Below are positions 34,687 to 42,159 of a stretch of DNA of 60,156 nt, piece by piece (positions within the stretch are counted from its first letter, which is position 1; every line of letters begins with the position of its first letter). Location of the stretch: IMG/VR virus record IMGVR_UViG_3300009391_000001; one strand, 5' to 3'. Under the pieces are notes generated by a model. The model saw nothing but the letters and a program-made list of their open reading frames with translations, did no database searches and was not told the origin of the DNA. The position numbers and the translations under genes are program-made. The DNA comes from a virus.

Positions 34687-34823
34687 CTACGATTGTCAAG
34701 CGGTCATAAACGTAGTAGTGGCGTAGGGTTAGGCGGGTAAGCTGCGTTGTGCCTACGTGGTACTCCGTTCTTTTACGTAGATGTAGCGTAGCATAGCGGA
34801 CAAGCGTCGTCAAGTTTCGAGTA

Positions 34824-35036
34824 CTACCGCATGAGAAATCGCAGTAGTAGCGTACCCATCGGAAGCTTCTTATACGAATCTGCGTAGCTTGTTAGAAACT
34901 CCGTTCTCTCCGTGTTATCTGCGCTGTCTACTCCGTCGTAATTTGAAATTAGCGACTCCACCTTCGCAACTTCCTTCGCCCGAAACTTCTCAAGTTTCTC
35001 GATCATGTCGACGCTTAGATTAATCGTAACTTGCAT
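34824..35036 (-). CDS. 70-aa protein with RHH-like N-terminus (regulator or excision factor candidate)
   Basis: MQVTINLSVDMIEKLEKF. GGAGGAG SD. Last gene before attP. Confidence 0.4.
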   Translation of the reverse strand: MQVTINLSVDMIEKLEKFRAKEVAKVESLISNYDGVDSADNTERTEFLTSYADSYKKLPMGTLLLRFLMR

Positions 35037-35067
35037 CCGTTCTCCTCCTCGATTTTATTATCGTTAT

Positions 35068-37620
35068 TTATAACGCTTCTTGTAATTCCGCCCAACTCCG
35101 TCCATACAGTTGCGCGTGTCTTTTCGTATAAAACGAATTATCATATCGCAACTCAAACGGTATCGGCGGTAACATTCGGACTAAAAACGCGTGTATCGGT
35201 TCTTTCGTGTTGAGTATCGCTATCGCGTGAAACTTCGGCGTCTGTAGCGCATCTTCAACGGTAAACGTCGGGACCAGTCGTTCCTTCGCGAGTTCGAACG
35301 TTTTCTTATATTCCGACGCGAATAGGAACTGATTAACGCCGCCTCCGATTAGATTCTTCTGTAGGTAATCCGGTAATTTATCCCAGTGGTGAAACGCGAA
35401 TATCGAGCCTAGCCGTTCCTTCCGCCCTTCCGTCGCGATCCGTCCCATTAACTCCGCAAGTCCTTTCGACTCTACTTGTTCCGGTTCGTTAAATACGATG
35501 AAGCATCCGTGTTTCTCCTTATCTTCTTCGGACATCAAGAACCGCGTCATAAGCACTTTTAGCGTTACCCAATGCGCTAACGTGTTGCTGGCGTTCCCTA
35601 ATTTCCGTTTAGGCATCCGGACGATAATCACCTTGCCTTCGCGCATCCACTTTTCGAAGTTTAATTCAGGTAACGGCGGTTGCGCGAATATATCATGTAA
35701 CGTATCGTCGCCGAAGAACATGTTCAAGCGGCTTAATATTGCGTCGCATTTGTTGCCGAGTTCTTCGTTCGTTCCCCAGCGGATCAAGTCGTTCGCTAAC
35801 CGCAGATTACCGTCCTTCATTAAACGTTCAATCGTATCTGCGCGGAATTCCTCTTCCTCGATAATCCGCTTGATATTATAGAGTGAACCGCCGGACGCCT
35901 TCGACGCTTCCGTTAAATAACGTTGTGACCGCGCTAATCCTTCGAGTTGCATAAAGTCGATCATTTCCGTGGCGAACCGCGAACCTCCTTTACGTCCTAA
36001 CTTTTCGATAACCTCCGTTAAGTCCATCGGAATGATAAAGTCCTCATTTGCGAGGTCTAAGTCGATTATCTTATCCGGAGGTAGTAAGTCGCGGATGCCG
36101 TCCGCCATTCCTTTGTGACCCGGCTGGCATATCCAATCCGGAATAACGAAGGATATTCCGTGCTTCATTGCGCCTTCATAGACGAAGTTTTGAATCGCGT
36201 TATCCTTTCCGCTGCCTTGCTTGCCGATGAACGTGTATCCGGAATAGAAGTTATCCTTCTCGTTCGCCGGTAATCCGACGAGGAATTCCTTGTCTTTCAC
36301 TTCCGCGTGACCGATAAGTAGGTTCCGCTTATTACGTAGCGCACTCGGAATAACCGTTTCAACGCGCGTCTTCGCATCCATTTCGTCGGCGTATTTAAGC
36401 TGTAAATCGCGTATTGGCATTTGTAACGCAAGCTTACTCATTTCGTCCGTCGATACGAGGTTTACATCTGCGTCATACTTCGTTTTAGACGATAGCTTCA
36501 ACGTGTTCAGTTCGTCGATTACGTGCGCACCGGTTTTACGTCCGTTTAATTCGTTATTCTCTGCGATGTCGTTAAGCGAGATTGCTAACGTTTCGCATAG
36601 CGTTTCCCGCGTTAGTCTATCGGAGGAATGACCGGCGACTCGGATGCGCGATTTGAATACCGGAAGATTAATCTTTTCGAGACTAGCACCACTTAATTTC
36701 GTCGCGCTAATTTCGTCTTCCAACGTATACCCCTTTTCGATAACCTTCGTTTTCGTTACGTCCTTATCCGACTTGAAAAACGAGTTCGATATAGCTTCGA
36801 TCGTATCCGTTAATAAGCTATTTACTTCGTTGATAAATCCGGCGAGTCCCGTCTTAATTATCGGTAACGCCTTCTTCGGACTGAAATTCGTACGCTGCGG
36901 AACTTTACCCTTCGATAACTTTTCACGCGCCCAAGACGCGTTCTTAATCCACTTCTGCCGGCTTTCGACTTCGTTGCAAATTGATAGACGTGCGATGTCG
37001 CCGTCGTGCTGTAGTTCTTCTACCGTCGTTAAAATCGAGGACATAGGCGTCTTCTTATCGTTTGAGTGCGTGTTTAGCGAGAATATATCGTGTCGGAGGT
37101 ATTTCATATCTTGTATAACGGTATCATTTTCGGGGACGTGTATGTGGTCGATAGTAGTTTCTTTGAGCGTGACGTTCATCTTGTTTTCGAGTCTGCGTTT
37201 GAGTTTGACGGCTTGATATTCGGAAGTAGATACATAGAATTCAATCTTGCGCTCGCCGTTGACTTGCCGGAATATCACGTCGAACCACAAGTAATCCTTT
37301 TCGCGATAATGTAGTTTGAGTTTATTCCGTTCTAATCGGCTGCCTAAGTTATTGTACATTTCGTACATCTTATGAATTGAACGCCATAACCGCTTATTAT
37401 TACCTGCTACGGTCGCGTGCGGAATTATGCGATACGTTATCATACGGTTTTCTTCATATTCGAAGTAGTCTTCGAGTTTTACCGTAACGATTTTAGGAGT
37501 CCGTTTATACCACGGCTTTTTAAGAATAGTTGGCTCGGATTCGGGCGCGCATATAATAGAAGGAAGTAATTCGTTTCGTAATGAAGGTAACATCGGTTCT
37601 CTTATCGCGATTTCATACAA
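35068..37620 (-). CDS. 850-aa protein with a C-terminal FtsK/HerA/VirB4-like P-loop layout and deviant Walker motifs
   Basis: TTG start after GGAGGA. Motifs GKQGSGKD, CFIVFNEPE, GRKERLGSIFAFHHW. The N-terminal ~460 aa is unassigned. Confidence 0.5.
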   Translation of the reverse strand: MYEIAIREPMLPSLRNELLPSIICAPESEPTILKKPWYKRTPKIVTVKLEDYFEYEENRMITYRIIPHATVAGNNKRLWRSIHKMYEMYNNLGSRLERNKLKLHYREKDYLWFDVIFRQVNGERKIEFYVSTSEYQAVKLKRRLENKMNVTLKETTIDHIHVPENDTVIQDMKYLRHDIFSLNTHSNDKKTPMSSILTTVEELQHDGDIARLSICNEVESRQKWIKNASWAREKLSKGKVPQRTNFSPKKALPIIKTGLAGFINEVNSLLTDTIEAISNSFFKSDKDVTKTKVIEKGYTLEDEISATKLSGASLEKINLPVFKSRIRVAGHSSDRLTRETLCETLAISLNDIAENNELNGRKTGAHVIDELNTLKLSSKTKYDADVNLVSTDEMSKLALQMPIRDLQLKYADEMDAKTRVETVIPSALRNKRNLLIGHAEVKDKEFLVGLPANEKDNFYSGYTFIGKQGSGKDNAIQNFVYEGAMKHGISFVIPDWICQPGHKGMADGIRDLLPPDKIIDLDLANEDFIIPMDLTEVIEKLGRKGGSRFATEMIDFMQLEGLARSQRYLTEASKASGGSLYNIKRIIEEEEFRADTIERLMKDGNLRLANDLIRWGTNEELGNKCDAILSRLNMFFGDDTLHDIFAQPPLPELNFEKWMREGKVIIVRMPKRKLGNASNTLAHWVTLKVLMTRFLMSEEDKEKHGCFIVFNEPEQVESKGLAELMGRIATEGRKERLGSIFAFHHWDKLPDYLQKNLIGGGVNQFLFASEYKKTFELAKERLVPTFTVEDALQTPKFHAIAILNTKEPIHAFLVRMLPPIPFELRYDNSFYTKRHAQLYGRSWAELQEAL

Positions 37621-37636
37621 CGTAATCCTCCTTCGT

Positions 37637-37933
37637 TTATTTAGTCGCTAATATACAAACCGTTAAAATTAAGCCAGCAACCATAACGGATAACGGTTTC
37701 AACATACCGCCCCTACTCACTAAAGGCGATATCATAACGAAGGCTCCCGTTGCAAATACGCCATATCCGGCTATATCGGGCAACGCACCGACGAACCAAG
37801 TCCACACGTCGCTACCGACTTCTCTAAACCATCCGCCAATTGATTCCGCGACAGGCTTCGTAACCATTTCGTTGCCCTTTTCGTACATACGCTGTTCAAG
37901 TTGCTCCGTCTTCCAGTTTATCCAATCCCACAT
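37637..37933 (-). CDS. 98-aa two-TM membrane protein
   Basis: AGGGAG SD. GYGVFATGAFVMISPLV and PLSVMVAGLILTVCILA. Confidence 0.6.
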   Translation of the reverse strand: MWDWINWKTEQLEQRMYEKGNEMVTKPVAESIGGWFREVGSDVWTWFVGALPDIAGYGVFATGAFVMISPLVSRGGMLKPLSVMVAGLILTVCILATK

Positions 37934-37946
37934 ATTCGTACTCCCT

Positions 37947-38300
37947 TCAAATTGTTTTTAAGAAATCCCGAATATCCAACGCGTGTCTTGCGAGTACAAA
38001 TCCGCAAGCAACCGATATGAGTAATTCTATAGCCTTTGTCCGATGACCGAGCATCCACGCGACACCTGTAAATACGATGATACAAGCCGCTGCGTAATCT
38101 AATCCGGTCATTAACGACTGCCATATGCGGTTAAACGTATCCGCCGCGCCGTCGTTAGCAAACGCAATAGTCGGAAACGTAGCCGCGAATGTGCCGACCA
38201 TAGCCGGATAGAGCTTCTTAAACCGTTTACTATCCGGCTTATCAACTGTGTACATCTTGCCGTCGATTTCGATGACATCCAACACTTCGATTTTCGCCAA
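37947..38300 (-). CDS. 117-aa membrane protein (signal-like segment plus two TM helices)
   Basis: TTG start after AAGGAGGA. AMVGTFAATFPTIAFA, then AAACIIVFTGVAWMLG and LLISVACGFVLA. Confidence 0.6.
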   Translation of the reverse strand: MAKIEVLDVIEIDGKMYTVDKPDSKRFKKLYPAMVGTFAATFPTIAFANDGAADTFNRIWQSLMTGLDYAAACIIVFTGVAWMLGHRTKAIELLISVACGFVLARHALDIRDFLKTI

Positions 38301-38374
38301 TTAATTATCCTCCTTACGTTTATTTACGTTGATCCGTGGCATACTAACAGGACAGAACGAAAGGGAGTGACGAT

Positions 38375-38443
38375 ATGCACATTGTAATCGGACTAATAGT
38401 TGGCGCAGGATTAGGAATCCTTTCTAATTTAATCGGGGGTTAA
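38375..38443 (+). CDS. 22-aa hydrophobic peptide on the opposite strand (type I toxin-like candidate)
   Basis: AAGGGAG lies 7 nt before the ATG. MHIVIGLIVGAGLGILSNLIGG. Its 3' end overlaps the stop of the convergent 99-aa gene. Confidence 0.3.
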   Translation: MHIVIGLIVGAGLGILSNLIGG

Positions 38444-38739
38444 TGAAACAACTTCGGGCCGGATGTATTTCCGGTCTTTTTCGATTGACGCTGTTTTAAC
38501 TCCGTAAGACGTTCAGCCGCAGTTTTCGGAAGGCTCTCCGAAGAACGTTCGGTATACGACGGAATAGTTGTCGTTGGTATTTCCGGTAAACCATTTCCTT
38601 TTGCTGCGATGTCTGCGAGGATTAACTTTTTTACATATCCCGAAAAGTTACGGCGAGCGACGTGTTTTAGTATTTTCTTATCGGTTTCCTTACTGCGATT
38701 AAAAGCGACCGGTTTGGAAAAACGATTAGGTACTGCCAT
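38440..38739 (-). CDS. 99-aa ribbon-helix-helix (Arc/MetJ-like) protein, start refined to M15
   Basis: GGAGG lies 10 nt before ATG 38739. VAFNRSKETDKKILKHVARRNFSGYVKKLILADI. TTG 38781 would lie about 5 nt from the predicted TSS. Confidence 0.5.
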   Translation of the reverse strand: MAVPNRFSKPVAFNRSKETDKKILKHVARRNFSGYVKKLILADIAAKGNGLPEIPTTTIPSYTERSSESLPKTAAERLTELKQRQSKKTGNTSGPKLFH

Positions 38740-38792
38740 TAGGCGTTTGCCTCCTTTTTGGTTATAGCGTATTGTATGCAACGATGTTAGCG

Positions 38793-38822
38793 ATGATACC
38801 GATTTTATGTAATTAATCGCAA
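38793..38822 (-). promoter_or_regulatory. Sigma-A-type promoter TTGCGA-18 nt-TATCAT for the cassette
   Basis: -35 at 38817-38822, -10 at 38793-38798, located after two terminators. Confidence 0.55.
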
Positions 38823-38840
38823 ATAGCGATATTATGGGCG

Positions 38841-38872
38841 AAATAAAATCCGAAAGGGAAACGCCCTCCGGA
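38841..38872 (-). terminator. Second terminator after the lysis genes
   Basis: Minus strand TCCGGAGGG-CGTTT-CCCTTTCGGA followed by TTTTATTT. Confidence 0.5.
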
Positions 38873-38935
38873 CTAGTCGTAAAGCTAATAGCGCTTGCTG
38901 CTATCTAGCTTATGCGTAACGTATGCAAAAGATGA

Positions 38936-38987
38936 CAACAAAAAAGGCGACTGCCCAACGGAATTCAATCCGCCAAACAGTCGCCTT
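38936..38987 (-). terminator. Strong rho-independent terminator after the endolysin
   Basis: Perfect 10-bp stem AAGGCGACTG/CAGTCGCCTT followed by a T-run. Confidence 0.8.
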
Positions 38988-38992
38988 ATCTA

Positions 38993-39892
38993 TTACACTC
39001 GTTGAATCCGTACATCCTTCGCCTTACCTCGTAAAGCCTTCGCTACCGCGTCCGTTACATTCGCAACTACGCCGTACGCTCCGACTTGCTTACCGTCTAC
39101 AATGACGCGATATACGTCGCCATCTGCCTTCGGTGCGGGCGCAGGCTTTGCGGGAGGCTTCGGCTTAGGTTTCGCCATTTCCGCCAATACCTCCGCTAGT
39201 TTTCGCTGTGACGCAGGCCCGAAGATGCCGTCCGCTGTAAGTCCGTATTTGCGTTGGAACGCCTTGACCGCCGTTTCCGTCCCGCGACCGAATGAGCCGT
39301 CGACTGCGAGTTTGTATCCGACTTTATTCAAGTCCGCCTGTAACGCCGTAACTAGTACGCCAGTATCGCCGTAACGTAAATCGTACGGTGCTTTCGGATT
39401 AGCCACTTTAACAACGCCTCCTTTTACTTCCGCTATGAATTGCGCCCAGTTAACGCCTTTCGAACCGTTGCGCAGATTCGTCGGGCAATTCTTCCCGCTC
39501 CATCGGTTATGCTGAACGACGTTAGTGAGCGGGATATTCTCCTCCGCCATAATCTTACGGACAAGCGCCGCAGCGTTATCGACTGCCTTACGGAAATCTC
39601 CGTCGCTATTAACGCAGATTTCTATTCCGATAGAATTCAAGTTACCGCTGCCCCTGCCGTCACCCGCGTGGAAACATTGCGCTGTATGCGGAAATGATTG
39701 TATCGCCTGCTTATCGTCGACTTGCCAGTGCCACGACGCCGAGAATCCGTTAGTCTGTAAATTAGCGTGTGCTTGCGCATTTGCACCCTTCGCCGTATTC
39801 GCCGTTTCGTGTATCGTAATATACTTGCGACCGTTTGTACCGCCATAAGTTCTCGCTGTGCTTGCGACGAGTTGTCGTTTAATCGCGACCAT
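38993..39892 (-). CDS. Endolysin: N-acetylmuramoyl-L-alanine amidase (Amidase_2/PGRP) plus PG_binding_1
   Basis: 299 aa. ITIHETAN..., NSIGIEIC, HNRWSGKNCP. YGDTGVLVTALQADLNKVGY...AVKAFQRKYGLTADGIFG. Confidence 0.85.
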   Translation of the reverse strand: MVAIKRQLVASTARTYGGTNGRKYITIHETANTAKGANAQAHANLQTNGFSASWHWQVDDKQAIQSFPHTAQCFHAGDGRGSGNLNSIGIEICVNSDGDFRKAVDNAAALVRKIMAEENIPLTNVVQHNRWSGKNCPTNLRNGSKGVNWAQFIAEVKGGVVKVANPKAPYDLRYGDTGVLVTALQADLNKVGYKLAVDGSFGRGTETAVKAFQRKYGLTADGIFGPASQRKLAEVLAEMAKPKPKPPAKPAPAPKADGDVYRVIVDGKQVGAYGVVANVTDAVAKALRGKAKDVRIQRV

Positions 39893-40173
39893 TATACGTC
39901 ATCCTTTCGTGGCTTATCGTAAGTCAACGCTTGTTTCGAATCCGATAAACCGGAAACAGTCGGATCGGGGATTGCGTTATATACCGATACAACTATTGTG
40001 AAGAATACATACGGATTTAATACCGCGTCGATTATTACGTCCCATAATGCGCCCCACGTCGTCAAGTCCGCGCCGGTTATTCCGAAGTAGGCTCCGATTG
40101 GAACCGCGATTGCGAGAAACACTTGCGCCCAAAACTGCGTATTCTTAGCGCGTACCTTCCAGTTAATTTTCAT
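39892..40173 (-). CDS. Holin (LL-H / phi-LC3-like)
   Basis: 93 aa, two or three TM helices, TAATG coupling to the endolysin. Confidence 0.7.
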   Translation of the reverse strand: MKINWKVRAKNTQFWAQVFLAIAVPIGAYFGITGADLTTWGALWDVIIDAVLNPYVFFTIVVSVYNAIPDPTVSGLSDSKQALTYDKPRKDDV

Positions 40174-40186
40174 AAATTACCGCTCC

Positions 40187-40540
40187 CTATCGTATTATTT
40201 GATTAACGCTTTCGATACCGAAGTAGAATAGTAGCGCTGCGATGACAAGCGCTGATACAACCTTCCACCAAAAGTTTTTATGTCGGGTTAATTCCGCTTC
40301 CCTGTCGCCGTCCATTTTATCGCGAATGTAACGTGTATCGCTTTTAATTTCGCCGAGCGTTTCTTTTAACATCGATATCTCTTGATCCTGTAGTTTATCC
40401 GACATTTGTAAATCGCGGATATCGTCCTTCATTCCGAGTTGATTCGTATTCAACCGGTTGAGGACGCCTTTCATATCGGTAATATCTTGATTGACGCGTT
40501 CCCGCCATATATCCATAGCTTCGTCAGTCCCTTCGCCCAT
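40187..40540 (-). CDS. xhlA: XhlA-like lysis-associated membrane protein (start refined to M13)
   Basis: Coiled coil plus C-terminal TM FWWKVVSALVIAALLFYFG. AGGGGG SD before ATG 40540. Confidence 0.6.
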   Translation of the reverse strand: MGEGTDEAMDIWRERVNQDITDMKGVLNRLNTNQLGMKDDIRDLQMSDKLQDQEISMLKETLGEIKSDTRYIRDKMDGDREAELTRHKNFWWKVVSALVIAALLFYFGIESVNQIIR

Positions 40541-40663
40541 TTCGTACCCCCTAGATGTTGCGGTATTTGTGCGCACCGCCTATACTATAAATACGCCGTC
40601 TGCGAGTACCCTGCGTATGACGGCGAGGGGAGGCGTGAACTCCCCGTTTATTTTTACGGACGC

Positions 40664-40689
40664 AAAAAGAACGCCGTGTGAGGGCGCTC
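40664..40689 (-). terminator. Rho-independent terminator after the Wzy-like gene
   Basis: Minus strand GAGCGCC-CTCACAC-GGCGTTC followed by TTTTT. Confidence 0.65.
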
Positions 40690-40741
40690 TCAATTCCGTT
40701 ATCTTGAATTCAAGTAATCAACATAATGTTCCAAAGATACA

Positions 40742-42055
40742 TTACCAAGTAATTCTGTATCTTTTTCTTTTTCTTACTTGTTCAGCGTTATCTTTTGATT
40801 CGTTTGATTCAGAATGTGGATTAGCAATTTCCCTTCTATATTCAAAATTCTGCCTCTGTATCATGCCAACAATGAAACAAAATATATTAAAATAAGTGAA
40901 CCAACCTTGTATAACAGGTTCTACCATAAAAGTAATAATAAACGCTGTAAATAACGCAATTACTATACCCTTTAACACTACAGGGTGATTGTATCTACGA
41001 AACGTAATTATCGAGCCAATAGAAATTAACGTAAATAAAACTAAGACAGCAAAAGGGAAAAAACCGCCTTCAAATGCAACATCAAGCCATAAGTTATGTG
41101 CATAATTTAACGGAATTAAAGTTTCCTTCCCTCCCATCGGATTTTCAAATAAACCATTAAAGGTCAGTTTCCAAGCAAGTACTCTCGAATCTGAACCGAT
41201 GTCTGTCGATTGCAACCTAGCATAAAGTAAGGTGTTTTCCCAGGCAAATCTGAGCCCAAACATATTTTGATCGAAAAGGTATTTAAATATTAACAGAAAG
41301 AACGCGGTTGAAAAAATACCCGCAACTTTCTTTAAACTAGCTTTTCTAACAAATAACGTAGTTACCAAAAATGATAATACGATTATCGCGAAACCAGACC
41401 GATTTCCTAATTGCAGTACACAATAGGTTGCCGCTACAAAACTGAGTAAAGCCATTATTCTAATAGTATTATTATGCTTATCCTTATTATCCTTCAAGAA
41501 CACTAAAGGGAGCATAGCTAACCCAAAAGATAATAACGTATTTATTCCTGTTGCTGTGATAAAACTATCGTCCCAAAAATTCATTACCAGCCTCTGACCC
41601 CCGAATGTCTTAATTGCAGAAGTCATATCACCATAAGTGAGTACAGTATTCAACAAACTTAAATAGCCGAATAAAGTAAAGGACACGATAACCAAGATTA
41701 AATACTGATACATCTTTTTGTATTTACCGTTAGTTACGATATACCCCATCACATATAACGTAAAAGGATATATTAGGTACAATAAGATGGTGCCATTTGT
41801 ACTGAATTTGTAATAATACTGAACTAAGGCATAGATGATGCTGAAAACCATAAGTGTTGCAAGAGTTATTGTAAATCTAGTGTTGTATTTAAACCTAATC
41901 AAATAAATACACATTACCGGGAAAATAAGTAGAGGAATGTAAACCCCCACATTTAAAAAATTAATACAATATAACACCAAAATAAGCATAAATACCAGGT
42001 CTTTGTAGCTGATTGCCCGTAGATTGTCTCTCTTTGTTAATATATCCAAGTTCAC
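40742..42055 (-). CDS. Polytopic O-antigen ligase/polymerase-like (Wzy_C) membrane protein
   Basis: 437 aa, roughly 10-11 TM helices. NYAHNLWLDVAFEGG fits the HNxxLxxxxExG motif. Strongly A+T-rich. The start may be TTG 42049. Confidence 0.65.
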   Translation of the reverse strand: MNLDILTKRDNLRAISYKDLVFMLILVLYCINFLNVGVYIPLLIFPVMCIYLIRFKYNTRFTITLATLMVFSIIYALVQYYYKFSTNGTILLYLIYPFTLYVMGYIVTNGKYKKMYQYLILVIVSFTLFGYLSLLNTVLTYGDMTSAIKTFGGQRLVMNFWDDSFITATGINTLLSFGLAMLPLVFLKDNKDKHNNTIRIMALLSFVAATYCVLQLGNRSGFAIIVLSFLVTTLFVRKASLKKVAGIFSTAFFLLIFKYLFDQNMFGLRFAWENTLLYARLQSTDIGSDSRVLAWKLTFNGLFENPMGGKETLIPLNYAHNLWLDVAFEGGFFPFAVLVLFTLISIGSIITFRRYNHPVVLKGIVIALFTAFIITFMVEPVIQGWFTYFNIFCFIVGMIQRQNFEYRREIANPHSESNESKDNAEQVRKRKRYRITW

Positions 42056-42159
42056 GTCCTCATTTCCGCATAACTTTGTCTACTAAACTCTAGTCTACCA
42101 AAGCGCAAATGAGTTTGGTAATTTTTTCATTAAATAGTTCTTCCTACAAGCGTATTACT

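Noticed and set aside
34615-34700. A complete phage-encoded tRNA-Arg gene
   Set aside because: The 7 nt that should form the 5' acceptor strand (ATCGTAG) cannot pair with the 3' strand (CGAGGGC). Only the D-arm through the 3' end is tRNA-like, which fits an attP core better than a functional tRNA.
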